64,000 nucleotides of DNA. Source: Amphiscolops sp. MND2022. Lineage: Eukaryota. Position numbers and translations under genes: made by a program. The notes under the pieces were generated by a model. It did no database searches, was not told where the DNA came from, and saw only the letters and a list, made by a program, of their open reading frames with translations. Shown here in pieces: positions 15,239-28,992 of this stretch. Location of the stretch: positions 91,142,001 through 91,206,000 of the forward strand of contig OZ076409.1 in NCBI GenBank assembly GCA_964187785.1, read 5' to 3'. How positions within the stretch are numbered: position 1 is the first letter of the stretch; every line of letters starts with the position of its first letter.

Positions 15239-18200
15239 TCACCAGCTATTTCCTCGCTGAACCTCTGAAACTTGACCCTCCCTAAGGCTTTGGTTAAAAC
15301 GTCTGTTGTCATATTCGGTTGGACAGAAGCTAATTTCTAAAACCTTCTTGTCGATTTTCGCTTGCAAGGAATGTACCTTGATGGCCAAATGTTTAACTTT
15401 TTGGGAACTGACACTAACAGCGTTTTTAGTCATTGCTATACAAGCCTGATTGTCAACGAAGACAGAACTCGGTAATGATCTGCTCATACCAAGCTCCGCA
15501 CCTAACTCTCTCAGAAAAATCAATTCTTGTGGTGCTGCAAAAAGAGCAGCAGCTCCGGCTTCGGCGCTACTGTTGATTGCAGCTTTGAGTTCAAACTAAT
15601 AGCACCAGAAGTCTCGTTTAGAAAAAAACAGTAACCACTAGTTGATTTTCTTGAATCTATTTTACCTGCCCAGTCAGCATCGTTATGGCCAACAAATCTC
15701 ATTTCGTCCGCTCTCTCGTAAATCAACTTTCTATTCTTCGTAGCCTTCAAATATCGCAAAACGTGCTTAGTTTGATTCCAATTCTGCCTTCCATGGTTTT
15801 GAACAAACGAACTAAGAGATCTTACAACAAAAGTTTCGTCAGGCCTTGAAGTGTTGGCTAAGTAGTTGAGACCAATTAGACTTTTGTAGCTACAACACTT
15901 CATTTCTTCTTCTTCTTTTTCTTTACTGCCATTTGAAGGACAATCGACAAAACCAATAAGAAATTTTTCCAAAGCTGGCGTGAAAGCGGTTTTCGCGTCA
16001 CTCATGCCAAAAATCTCTAGAAGTGTTTCTATGTAACTTTCTTGTGAGAATTCGACTTTGTTAGCATCACTTCTGATTTGTATACCTAGAAACCAATTGA
16101 GATCACTAAATTCGCTCAACGAAAACTTTTTGCAAATTCCACGTAAAACGTTTCACCACTGCTGCAGTGAACCAGATCGTCAACCCAGCATGCAAGGTAA
16201 TCAGTGACACCCTTACGATGTCTCAAAAATAAGCAATCTCCTTGAATCCAATGCTTGTTAAAAAACCTCTTAAGGTAAAGAACCAAGTTCGTCCCGCGGG
16301 TTTTATCATGTACAACGATTTTTTCAATCTGCAAACCACATTTTCTCCGTCTTGCAACATTTCGAAACCTAACGGTTGTTGAACAAAGATTTCTTCATCA
16401 ATACCTGCGTTGAGATAAGCTGTCTTCACATCTAATTGTTTCCATTTCATGTCTTACTGTACCGCAAAACTCAGTAAAAAAATAAGAATCACCTGTTTCA
16501 CTGTGGGACTATAAGTTTCTTCGAAGTATACGTCTCGTTTTCGATTGAAACCTCTGGCGTTATGTCTTACCTTATACTTTATAACTTTGTCATTTACATC
16601 TCGCTTTTAACGTGAAATGCCATTTTCCGCTAACTAAATTTCTGTTCTTAGGAAGTTTGGTTAACTCTAAACTTTATTTTTCTCACGAGACTGAAATTCG
16701 TCCTTCATAGCTTGATACCGTTCTGGAATGAATAAGACCTTCTGCAAATGTTTTTGGTAACTCGAGATTTTCGAGTTCAGACGAAAACTTTTCATTAGCT
16801 GTCTCACTAGTACATGATTCGTTTCTCTCAGGTGGTCTATCTTGCCTTCCCTATCTGGTTCTAACCTCCATTTCTGCTGATTCTGACAACACAATTCCAA
16901 TATTTCTGTTTTCAGCTATCTCACTCCCCCTTTCGTCTATTTCGAAAATAATGTCTCCGTCGTTCGTAAAACTTCTCCTATGAAAACCTTCCGAACCTGG
17001 AAAAACTCTCTCGTTCAACTTTACATTTCGAGTTTGCAATGTCTCCAAACATCAGTTCTCAAAACGACCAATCAGGTAAGTTTTTGAGTTGCTAATATAC
17101 CCTACTATTACCATGTGATGAGTGGTTGCACCTGCTTTTTTAAAAGAAGGCTGCTCTAATCGCAAAAAACCTAAACGTTTCTTTTAAGTTCGCAGTTTGT
17201 AACATACATCTCACCATCGCGACGATGGTACTCTTTATTCCTTCAACTCTCCCATTTTCTTCGGAAGTGTCCGTAGCGGTAAACTCTTGGCGATTATGGT
17301 TTCTCAAACAAACTTCTGCAAACTAACCCAACTTGAATTCTTTCGCGTTATTGCTCACGATTTTACGTGGCTTCCCTAACTCAGCAAGAAAACTTCTAGT
17401 TTTGGTGCAACTTCGTTGTTTCTTTTCAGCAAATAGACCAGACCTAGACGACTGAAACTTTCAACAAAGGCCAAAGCATTCTTAAATCTGTCGACTGATT
17501 CAATTGATTGGGCGAAATGTCTACATGAAGTTTTTCTAGGGAGTTCGATGGTCGTGTACCTACTACGCCTCGCTTTTTGAGAGTTACAGACATCACACTC
17601 GTCATTTCTATCCAGAAATTTCAAACTTTCAGTCTGTTTTGATAAGTTCCGAAAATCCATCTCATTGTTATGGCCTAAATCTTCATGCCGTAACAGCAGT
17701 GTATCTTCAGCAGTGTATCTTCAGCAGTGTTGCTTACTTCAATTTTCAAAGCACACAAAAAAACAGTTTGTTCCGACTTTCTAATGAAAAACAATCGTTT
17801 TCAATCTCAATCCTGATTTTCTAATCGCATAAATATGATGTTCAGTCTTTTCAACTTTTTGATTGAGATTAAGTGTTTCGAATACTGGGGATTATGCGGA
17901 GCATTTTCGAGAGCTACTTCTTGTATTGTTCAGCGACTGATTTTGGCGAGAAACTTTATTTTACCTCTACCTTCGACGACAGACTCAGTGCTGTTAGCAC
18001 AAGATGTTTTTCCTTTTTGGGAAGTTTCCAGATAACTGATTAGTTCTATATCTTTCATCATGTGACTTGTGCAGCCAGTGTCTATCAAATGTTCGAAATG
18101 AGAATCCTTTTCACTTTATCGAATGTGTGAAAAGAAAACCCGTCTGTATCGTTGAGTTTGGTTGTCAAATTGCCTTCGTTCCGTTTCATGTGAAAACTTC

Positions 18201-19011
18201 CTTGTTTTTCCTTATTACGCTTCTCAAACGGCTTCTTCAGAGCTCTGAGGCATGTATTAGCTTCTGACCTTTCTCACCACAATCGTAACAAGCAATCGCA
18301 ACAGTTTTTTTGACTGACTTTGTGCTTGCTTATGGCCGAACTTGCCGCGCTTGAAACACTTCACATCTTTACTGAAATGTGATCTCGAAACTTGATCCGT
18401 ACTTTTTAGGTTGCCTTTGCTGTCAAAATTTAGCAAATTTGACTTCAAATCTAGGAAAAACTTTAGATTGTGCGAATCCTTGAAAACAGTGACAAAATTC
18501 GCGAACTGATGTGGAAGGCCTTTTAAAACCACCGAACAAAGCATTTGGTCACTCACGTTTACATTCACTTCGCTCAAATTTAGCTGAAGTTCCTCAGCTC
18601 TGACTAAGTAGTCAGGAATATTTTTTCACTTGAATCGAGTTTCAAGTTTGTCAACTTGTTCAATAATTGATGAATGCGTGGTCTTTCTTTGCTCTTGAAA
18701 AAATTTTGATTTCAATCCCAGCCGCAGTTCCATTCAGTTTTGGGCTTTTTATTAGGCTTGACGTCTTCCTACCTAAACATTGAACCATATCGCACCATAC
18801 TTCCAACTGCTATTCTTTCAGTTGTTCACTCAACAGCAATGTTTTCGACTTTTGTTACCGGCAAGGTTTCACTGTCCAACACAGCACTTCTTAGCTGGAG
18901 CAAATGAAGCCGAGCTTCAATACGATCCGAGAAATATTCGTAATCTTCATCCTCAGCAGAAAACCATAACGTTTCTAGTTTAGAATGCATTATTCTGGCC
19001 AAAGTTGCCAT
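15239..19011 (-). mobile_element. Degenerate Ty1/copia LTR retrotransposon (gag-IN-RT-RNaseH)
   Basis: gag with VLKGLP and degenerate CCHC CFKRGKFGHKQAQS; IN fragment CDVC..AFVESFSR; RT QLDVKTAYLNA..IFVQQPLGF and WVDDLV; RNaseH DADWAG..RKSTSGY and VDNQACI. IN precedes RT. LTRs not identified. Confidence 0.9.
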
Positions 19012-19574
19012 CCTAGCGGTAGATTTCTCAACTCAATGTAAATTTTTCAAGATATTTTTCAACGGATTTCTATACTTTCACATTCCAGTCTTTTTCGCTA
19101 ATCACAAAAACCTTGTGAGTCCTGAACCTCGTTAATTGTGTTCTAGTGGAAATGTTTCTATGAACACACTACAATCACTCAAAAAATGCCTTATTCAAAA
19201 ATTGGCAATGACGGACCTCCTGAAAATTATTTCAGAATCATCTCATTCCAGTACGGACTGTTGGCCAAGCAGTGCTTCAGCTACTGCAGTTATGTGTGGA
19301 TTACATATCTTTCGAGGGCAAAGCATCTTCGAAAAAAGTAATCAAACTGCCTGTCAGTAAGTTATGGACTCAGGAATTTTTTCTGAGACGGTCTTAATAA
19401 CTGGATCTTAAATCCCCGAAATTTTCTTACTTTGAAATATTTTTACGTGTTTTTCTCTCAACTCAGCTCCACTCTCACTTGACTCAGACTAGCAAAAAGC
19501 AACAGCTATGAATAAAAGCACCAAGAAGCGAAACTGAAGAAAAGAAGACTGTACTAAAGCTGACAAATTCCTTG

Positions 19575-19760
19575 GTTGAGGACAAATGAACCAAACAAAC
19601 GAACTCTTCAACTATTTGACCTTAAAGCTATTTTACTTATGACAAAACTTTAAACTTTGAAATTTTTGATCATCATCTTCAACAAAGAACTATGATAGGA
19701 TTAATGACTAGAGAAAACATCAAGTCTGACTATAACTCAATCATTGCATGGCTGTGCTTC
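19575..19760. repeat. Dispersed ~185-bp repeat, copy 1
   Basis: gttgaggacaaatgaaccaaacaaacgaa..ctatttgacc..aaagctattt..cttatgacaaaact..ctgactataact is similar along its length to 36311-36496. Confidence 0.8.
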
Positions 19761-20400
19761 AACTGTTTTCAATTTCAACTGAACTGTGTCTCACATCTGT
19801 TACTCTTATTCAAACTACTCTGTGAATCTCTGCAAAACTTTTTTAACTTCTTCACAACCGCAAATTTCTTTTTTCCACTAAAAACTACTTGATGCAAAAA
19901 CTTCATGATTTGGATTTCAAATTTTTCTCGTTTTGCTTGGAAAGTTCAAGTTTCGTTGTTCATTTTCTCAAGTTCAAACTATAGGCCAGTGTTCGACTGA
20001 TTTCTACGCACTTTGATCGACACTCTTTCATTTCACTCACAACAATCTTAGTTTGGTTTGTTCGTCACTTTCTATTTTACACTTAACTTTTGGAATCATG
20101 GCAGCTGTAACGGCTGCTTGCCCTTATCCTGCGCTGAGGCTTGACAAGCTTTACGCCGCCCTGATTCGTTGCTTAGTACTGTGGACCGTTAGTAAACAGT
20201 TCCTAGTTTTTCGTGTTTTAAAGGACTGTATCTTTTGGCTTGATGGGTCCGATGTGACCCGTGGAAACTTCTGCGATTCCTCTTTGCACTGATTTGGATC
20301 CGATGTGATCCTGCACACACTTCCCTCACTGTATCTTCACGCGCTCCGGCTCCCCAACTATGAGAGTAGCTACTTAGTCGCTCTGACTCTAGCGAAAAGT

Positions 20401-23400
20401 TGTGAAGATTGAGAAGTTGATTAATTAGTCTTGCGGTCCTGAGACCCAACTTGACTATAGCTATTCAGAGGAGAAAATCTCTCTTTAATAATGGTATAAA
20501 TGTGGTTTACAATTCTACAGTAAACAAAAGCAAACATCAGTTAAAATATGTTGTATAAATAAATGACAACAAAAGCATAAAACTATGTGGTGGTTTTGGC
20601 ATGTTGATAAGGTGGGTTAGAAGGTATGTTTACACAATGTACACATCATTAATTGCTACAGAGTTACATTTCCTTCAAGGTCATATGAGTAAATCACATA
20701 ATAATTAATACATCAAATTTGGGTAATTCATGGGGTCCGACCTAGGTTACTTTGGGTGTTAATAGCTCGGAACCCAGGGGAGATACGGGGTTGGTTGTTC
20801 CTAGTGAAAAGTTAGGATAGCACCACCACTATATGTGTGCCGATTTTCAAGGTGATTGATGAAGTGGTTCATCGAGACGGGGGGGTGGCCTTTTTTTAAA
20901 ACACTGCTAATTTTGCTAGAAGTTGCAATTTTCCAACCAAAATCTTGATAAATTTTCTAAGAGTTTTGAGACATAAGTTTCATCAGTCACGTTCGAATTT
21001 GAGTTTCTGATCTCGCAATTGACTGGCGCCAACATTGCCGGCCCTGTTTTTCTCCTGAAAAACAACATTTTCGTAGAAATTGGGTGCCAGTTTCACTACT
21101 GGTCGTTCCAGTTTTCCAGCTTCAGTTTTCACCAGCGCTGATCTCACTCGCCCATCGCTTCCATGATAGACTTCTAACACTCTACCCATCTTGTAATGTG
21201 CTCTTTTCACATTTTCATACACTATCCAAACCAAATCATTGACTTCAAGTTGTCGAACTCCTTCTTTGATGCATTTTCCAAAAGAGTCACGTTCCATCAT
21301 CACTTTTTCCCATGATGCGGCCGGCCCTATGCAAGGCTCAATTTTACAGCTTGTTGTTTGGGCTTTTGAAGAACCCATTCGCGTCTCCATCAGCTATTTT
21401 TTGCTTGCAAATTCATCTGCCTTCATATTTGCATGAAGGATGCCATTTGTATTCAACTGAGCGCTTTCGTTCATTCCATGTAATCGAATTAGGATAGGTT
21501 CAAACTTCCAAGCTCGTTTCTCGAATAGCTTGCTGTGGCCAGTGCTCAGCTGAGTGTGCACGTTAGGGTTAGCTTGTGCCACTGCATCCATTCCCGAGTT
21601 TCCATTACCTAACCAGTTCTTACAATTTTCACTGTCGTTTGGAAAAATTTTGTCCAGCAGTTTTTCTTTCCGCCCAACATCATCTTTTCTCCCAAATGAC
21701 ATGTTTACGGCATTTGTTCCATTCTTTGCATTGTCTATTGACGGCTGGTATCATTCCAACAAACCACTGAGATGTCTTCGATAAATCGCTTTTCCTCTTG
21801 AATCTTGATGAAGTTCGAGTTGACACTCTTCTACGAATTCAACAACTATGTTCATTTGAGAAAATTTTCTCTCTCTTCAAGTGTTAGATTGTTGACAGCA
21901 AGCTTTATTGCTTGCTTTTGACTTGATTGCTTTTCTTTCCCATGCTGTCGCACAGAGGCGACATCCATTTTCTGTTTCACCAAATCAAGCATCACAGTAA
22001 ATTCTTCCAGGGTTCGGAGGTTTGATTTACATGCAAAACTTTCATGTTCGTTCTTTTCTTCTACAATTGAGAAACCCATGTTTTTGTTTTGTTCGACTAT
22101 CATATGGTCACTCACAGCTAGGTGCATTTCGTCTTGCCAGACTTGCTTGATCTCCAAAAGGAGGGGTTTAGTACTGACTTCCTGCCAGTTTCTTTCTACA
22201 AAGAATTTGTCTGGTAAGTTCTCCGTATTTCCACTGGACATTTCTGATAAGATTTTCTGCAGTGGGAAGTATACAATTCCATGCTCGGCCGAGTTTTCAT
22301 CTGATCCACCAATGGATCCACATCTGCAAAAACCAAACTTTCAGTGGCGAACTTCGCAGTTTCTTGCTGAGGCAAGGGTCCACTGAGCATCCAACCCAAT
22401 TTTGTCCGCACTGCCCAGGGCTTTGCGTTTCCACACTTTCTATAGTCAATTGCTCTATGCAAGTGGTGGCAATTTCGGCCTAATATGACTTCGACATCTT
22501 TCAGGTTGATAGTTGGGTCTTTCAAAACTGACAGGTGATGATATGTTTCCTTCAATTTCTTGAGATTGTACGTTCGATTTCCTGCATTCACGTTGGGATG
22601 ACTATAGACCATGATATCTTCTTTGACCGTTCCATCTTGATCTCCAATCATGACTCGAAGTCGTTCGCTACTAATATCTGACTTTCCATGAATCCCTGCT
22701 ACATTCAGATCCACTGGTTGTCCCGTCACATTTAGCGCTTTCTTCAGACTCTCGTCCACAAATTACAGGCTTGCTCCAGAGTCACACAAAGCGAACGTTT
22801 TCAGCGTTTTGCTCCTACTTCCTATCGTTACTGGAACGACTGGAAGCACACCACTGCTTCTCATTGATGACAGGTTAGAAACCTCATCAACATTTTCAAC
22901 ATTTTGCTTCTGTTCCACGTTCTTGTATGGTCTGTGTAAAAATCTGTTGAAGTTTTCCGCAACCATTGACGTCACAGAGTCTACCAGAGCAATTTTTAAT
23001 CTGATGTGCGTCTGACAAACATTTGAAGCACATTTTCAGCTCTTTCGCCTTTTGTCCGCTTTTTTCGACGTTCATCTTCTTGAACTTCTCACATTTCCAT
23101 ATTGGATGTTTGCCATCTTTCAGCGCACACTCTCGCTGGTATTTCGAGTTGTCACTGACTGTGTTTGTTGTTGATGTGGCAAACGTGGAGCCTTTGGCCT
23201 TTTCCTTGTAGTTCGACTTCAAGCGATCAGCATTCGGGTTCGAAGACAAAAGCAATTCGTCTTGAACATCTGCTATATCATTGAGCCATTCACTGAACAC
23301 AGCGAGTCCAGGTTGATACAGGTTCATTTGCTTGACATAAGTGAGCCACTTCGTTTTCAAGTCCAGTGTTAACTTCCTTGTGGCACTGCCTAAAACTCCT

Positions 23401-23947
23401 TCTGAGTTTAGGTCTCCCACGTAGTTGAATTGTGTCAAAACATTCACGCCGTTCGACACTATTCTTGCAAACTTGATCAGCGCGGTTCCATCATAAGGTT
23501 TCATCGGAGGGAAGGAATAGATTCGCTTCAACTGGGCGTTCACAACCATTTGAGGTTTTCCAAAGTTTCGAACTAGAACGTTCCACGCCACATTGTACAT
23601 TTCAGCGGTGTACCCATGCCAGCAATCGCCTCTTTGGCTTTGCCCGTGACCATTGTTTTCAGGTGATTCATCTTTACACTGTCGTCCATGTTTGCTGCGT
23701 GGACGGTTGCTTGAAACAGTTGTGACCACTCTGGCCACTCCAATGGGTCACCTGAAAATTCTGCCAACTTCAGTTTTGGCAAGCTAGATCTGATGTAGTA
23801 GTCATCTCTCGCATTTGACAATATGTTTGGCCCTTGACTTGGCATATACTGCGTCTGTGTGTTCGCAAGCTGTGGTACTTGAAACGCACTAATCGGGTTG
23901 CCTCCATTCGTAGGTGGTGCCCAGCGTTGGCTTGCCATAAGGGTCAA
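20401..23947 (-). mobile_element. BEL/Pao LTR retrotransposon derivative: gag and protease, RT/RNaseH/IN core absent, IN C-terminus and 3' LTR present
   Basis: gag LPKLKLAEFSGDPLEWPEW with knuckles HPIWKC and CFKCLSDAHQIKNC; protease ALCDSGAS..WAVRTKLGWMLSGP; IN tail MGRVLEVYHGSDGRVRSALVKT..ERPVVKLAP. Purine tract GGAGAAAAACAGGGCCGGCAA is followed by TGTTGG at 21034 (LTR start). The LTR end near 20401 is tentative. Confidence 0.85.
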
Positions 23948-24148
23948 TGGCGGCTTCGATGTGGCGAATTAACACAGACAAACATCTTCTTTTTCCTCCC
24001 TTTTTCTTCTAATAAATACCAGGGAGAGTGACTGTTTTTTATCAGTAATGACCCGTCTGTCATAAGATAAATACGTGACAAAAACAGATATCAAACAAAA
24101 CAAAGAACGGAAAGAAAACAGTAATCAATTATACACTACAATCCACAT

Positions 24149-27100
24149 TTAGTTTTTCTTGCTTTTCGCAAACTTGGAGTTGGATTTCTTGCCGGTATCT
24201 TCAACTGAGGAACTGGAACAGCGATTAAGCGATACACTAATCCTGCTCAGACTAGGATCAGGTGAAGGAGAACTGTTCACGCTTCCAGTCCTGCTGACAT
24301 TGGGGGTTGTTGTAGTCGACGAAACAATTGGCCTATCATGTTGCAAAACTGCCTTGCGATAACCAGTTTCAAGTTTTCCTAACAATGCGGTTTTACGGGC
24401 AGCACTCCCCCTCATGAAATTCCAGATGGAGAATTTTCTATCTGCCAATAAATCGGCTCCACGGCCCAAGAGGCGGAAAACCCGACTCACTGATTTGGGA
24501 TCCCGATACAGACTGGAAACATGGGGAATAGTGCTGTACGACATCTGAAGACTTTTAATGCAAGACTGAAAGTTATCCTCACCAGACTCTAAACCAGCCA
24601 TTGGATCAATAAATTCTGGAGGCACTATAACACGTGGAGGTAAACATGAACATGAATACTTGAACAATTGAAACAGTTCGGGTCTACATTGAAGCTCATA
24701 GTGAGAAGTCAGAAATGTAATCCAATCATTGTACTCTGGAGAGTCACCGGATCGCAATTTAATTGCTAATGATCGGTACTGGCTGACAACCTTTACTTTA
24801 ACACTTGAAGTAATCAAGTTAGCAGAGACGAAATGGCTTGTCAGTTTTTCAATGGCGTCCGTGTAGTTGGCTTCCGGTCCAACAAGGATAACTGAAGGAT
24901 CAAATGCTGACAGTCCTCTGATGAGTTTAGATTTGATGTTCCCATGTTCCAATAATTGTCTGCAAAACGATTTACCAAAGCAAATAGACTGTTCAACAAA
25001 TTTGCAGGGACGTGGCAATTTACTCGCAGTTACTAATTTGTGAAAATCCTCGTTGAGCACGTACTCGTCCGGGGTTTTGTATGGCAAGTCTGCTTGATCT
25101 AAATCAAGTTGCAAAAAATTGTCCCAATCTGATATAATCCCAAGCGAGGAATCCGGTAAGATACTCTGAAGCTGGGAGTAAATAAAAATGGCAAACTGAC
25201 TGAAGGCGCGAAATCCACAATCCACACTTTTCTGAACTTCAGAGAACGCTGAGTTGTGTAAAACAACAAATAAGTTAAGTATACAATAGTCCTGCATTTT
25301 CATAAAACAAAAAGAACAGGAGTTAATTTGAAGAAAGCATCAGCGCCGTAGAACACGTGCAGAATTACTACAGTGGAAACCGACACATCAAGGACTATAC
25401 GTCACTATGCGGAATCAGCTGGATGATTATACGTTACTATGCGGAACGAGGTGTAGCGACTATACGTCACTATGCGGAATCAATTGAATGATTATACACC
25501 ATTATGCGGAATGAGCTGAATAGCAATACAGAGCAATGTGGGACGAGATGCAGCGAACATGCGTTACTATTCGCAACCAGCAGAATGGTTATGCGTCATT
25601 ATTTATACCGTAGAGGGAGGGATATTCAAAATCGTGCTTCAATGAATTTCGGTGGAATGAAAAGTGCGCTACAAAATGGAATGTGAATTTTGGGAACGAT
25701 AATACTTACAAACTGTTACAACAATAGTTAGTATGGAAACAAAAACAACTAACAATGGTCTGGGACACAGCGGATGACGAAGAGGCGGGCTAGGTAAGCC
25801 GTGTCGAGGCGGAAACATTCATCCAAAGTGCTCGGCTGAAATGGAAGGATAACATAAAGAAAAGGAAAACACGCATTTTTGGTCTCGAAAGGAAACATGG
25901 TAAAGGAGAGCAAATAACCTCACGCATATGGAACCGATACGCAGGAAGCCTCGCAACTTGATTGAGGTGGCCAAGCACGTGATCCCAATTATTGGATAAA
26001 GTCTCTATAATTGATGATGCATCCTGAAGAGAATACTCCAAGCGGACTACACTTTAAAAGAAAAAGAAAATCACATCTAGGAAACTTAGACGTTTAATTA
26101 AGACGAATATAGTACTTCAATTACTTTGTGCAGTAGTGGCAACTTCTTTAACCAATCTCGGTCCAAGGCCGTTCTCAATTTCATTAAGAGAAAGTCTAAT
26201 ATCGTTCGAAAGTCGTGGCGCTCAAGGATTTGAGAAGTTGGTAACGCAAGGCTCTTCTCAAATTCTTCTGGCCCATATGAACTGACAACGGAAGATTGCT
26301 GTTTTCCTGGGAGACAGCTTGATAGGCAATCACTTAACTTTTCACTGAAGTCAATGAGGGCAACACAAGATGGAGCTTCCTCGAAGAGACTGATGAATGA
26401 TGAAACTGTCATCAGAGTTTTCCTTGGCATCAACATTCCCCGAGGTCCACTTCCCAAGCAAACGTGTTGTAATACGTTCCCCGACCAGAAGTTGAGGATT
26501 AGGTACGTTGCTGTTGGGGTATGTTGCAAAGCGAGAGAGTAATGGCCAGATGCAGTGATCGCAGTTACACAATATCCAACCAATTCTCGGAACATGTAGA
26601 CGAAAATTCCCTGTGAGACAAACAAATGTTCCTTATTTACAGTAAATAAACTTATATTAAAGGGATTTCTCTGAAGGAAATTCAGTTCAGATAGAAAATA
26701 AATACTGTCAATTGAGAAAGAATTACTAACAAAAAGTCGCTGTGGGCTCCAATTCTGTTCACACATCCCGCTGCTGGAGGCAAGACGAGACAGTTCGTCA
26801 TAGATTCCGGTCAGGCTTCTGATGTGCCCACCATGGCGAAGTCCGTGTTCGAGTATGCAGATCTGCGACAGTACTTTATCGGTAGGATTGGTAACAGCAT
26901 TGAAATCTGGGATAGTCTCTTGTCCCACAAGGGGCCGGCATACGTCCAGTTGAGGAGCGATTGGATAATTGTTTTTGGCTTTTTTCTTGGCCTCTTGCAG
27001 TGAAATTCCATAAATTTCCCGTCCTTCTCTGTCGAAGAGGGCCATACCGGGTATCTCCATGCGCATCCGGTGCTCTTCCACTAAATGAGACTCGGATTTG

Positions 27101-28075
27101 TAGTTAGCTAGTAATTCAAGGCTACCCCTACTCATTAGAGAAAGTTCTACCCTGCTTACCCGGCACCACCATTTGTGTGGTGTTTTGTCTTTGTCGATGG
27201 GGCCAGTAGCAGAAAATCCAAGAAATGGATGTTTCTTAAGCATAGCTCCAGTCAAAGAATATTTTGGTCTGCGGCGTTTCCCTCTTCCCATTGAGTGTCC
27301 TCCTTGTAGTTCATCTGGACGAACGTCGGACGAAACAGGCTGTCCTATTTTCTCTTGACTAGATGAGGCGACGTTGGGAGCAGTTTCAGTATCGTTTACA
27401 ATGGTTAGGGTCAAAGCCTGACCTTCGCCAGTCTCTTCATTGAGGACATACTCTTGTGGGATACGTTCCAGGACTCTAGTTAATGTAAGGATTTCCCTCC
27501 TAGTGATGTTAATACTACTATGAGCAGCATCTGGTATCACAACATTACTGAAGTTACCTTCGTCAGCTGGAGACAGTACTGGAAGTTCATTATGGGGTGG
27601 TACATTTTGCTCCGTAACGTGGGACATAGCATGTTCAAGCTCAGAGCCAGTTCCTGGATGAAGGTATTGACTATTATGTGAAGAAAAGGCTTGAACTGTT
27701 TCCGAATCTTTGAAGCTTTCCACTATTTCACGACTAATGTTTGCAAAGGAGCCCTCCATGTCTCCTGTGGGAGTCGTTTCTAGTTCAGGATTGGTTAGAG
27801 TAGTGGTGAGGATGTTTTCAGTTGTGAGTTCTTGATGATCAGCCCTGGTTGCAATTGGAGTATCAACAGGGGTGTTTTCGATTGCGGTTTCTACACTAAT
27901 TTCTTCATGGATTTGAAGCGGAGCAGTACTTGGGGATTCGAGTGATTCCGAGATAACAGGAAATTTAGGAGAGGATGTTTGCAGGGGTGTATAAACCTTG
28001 ACCGGGGATTGAGTTGAATGTAATTCACAGGCCTCTAGTTCAACTGAAACAAATGATCTGATCCAGTTAACAAAA
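24149..28075 (-). pseudogene. Antisense accessory gene, copy C (BED-like finger plus hAT-transposase-like body, multi-exon)
   Basis: FSATGPIDKDKTPHKWWCRVSRVELSLMSRGSLELLANYKSESH, LIRGLSAFDP and PELFQLFKYSCSCLP. Introns 26730-26611, 26124-~26060, 25918-25836 and 25752-~25260 lie at positions matching copies A/B. The start codon is uncertain. Confidence 0.75.
25396..25512 (+). repeat. Phased motif array 1 (4 copies, ~32-33-bp period) inside an intron
   Basis: tatacgtcactatgcggaa-type cores with variable linkers. Confidence 0.85.
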
Positions 28076-28807
28076 CAAAATTATGCAAGTGGAAGCCGCT
28101 TAAATTGACTGAAACCGGACGCGGGGACAGGAAATGTATGAAAACCGGAAGCCACTTAGAGATCGGAAACGTTTCAAAAGAATCTGAAATTGAGCCGAAG
28201 AACAAGGATCATTTTAACTTATGAGTATGGCCAACTCAGCAAACCGAAATTTCACTGAATCAACCAAACTAAAATCATATTGAAAGTTGAACTTGCCTGG
28301 ATCAGACCAGAAAGATGGATTATAATTCCTCCCTCCACCGTAACGACGAGGTGATTGCTCTTCTTGCGTCCCTTTCTCCCCAGATAAACTCTGTTCCTGT
28401 TTTTCCTCCATCCGAAAGTGATGTAAAGAATGGGACAGAAGATCGTGATTAAGAAATAAAATATATACCCCACAATAAAATCAAATAAGTCTGAAAATAA
28501 AGCTGAAATCAGTGAAGGCTAAAAGGAGTAGATTAAACTGCAATGTTTTGTGAACTCTGGACTGATATACTATATTGACTATATGACAGTTTGACAAATG
28601 ATGAAACACAAAAGGCGTGATGTAACAAGGCAAAGAGCAAATGATGCAAGTTTGCGCAAAAGTGCAAAGAAATACTGAAATCTGATTGGCTAATTCAATA
28701 TCAATTACGTCTGCCAGCGTGATTGATTGACTCATTGTGGATCTGGATGTGAAAATACATGCAAATGCGTTAATATGAACCAAATTGGAATGATTTATAC
28801 GCTAGAG

Positions 28808-28992
28808 TATACGGCAGTTTGCGGATCGACTAAAGGCGAATATACGGCAGTATGCGGATCGACTAAAGGCGAATATACGGCAGTATGCGGAATTGCAGTG
28901 ACGAGTACGCGGCAGTATGCGGAATTGCAGTCAAGGACTATGCGGCACTATGCGGATCGAGTAGTGACGCAAACTCGGCATCCTGCGGTTTT
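28808..28992 (+). repeat. Phased motif array 2 (6 copies, ~33-bp period)
   Basis: tatacggcagtatgcgga-type cores at ~28808, 28841, 28874, 28906, 28939, 28972. Confidence 0.9.

Noticed and set aside
26611..26730. Treating the 553-aa ORF 26098..27759 as continuous coding sequence
   Set aside because: This 120-bp stop-free segment has gttagt/cacag ends and matches intron 1 of copies A and B.
28808..28992. Repeat-spacer pattern resembling a mini-CRISPR
   Set aside because: Linkers are only ~12-15 bp and partly duplicated, and the cores are degenerate. Better explained as tandem binding-site arrays.
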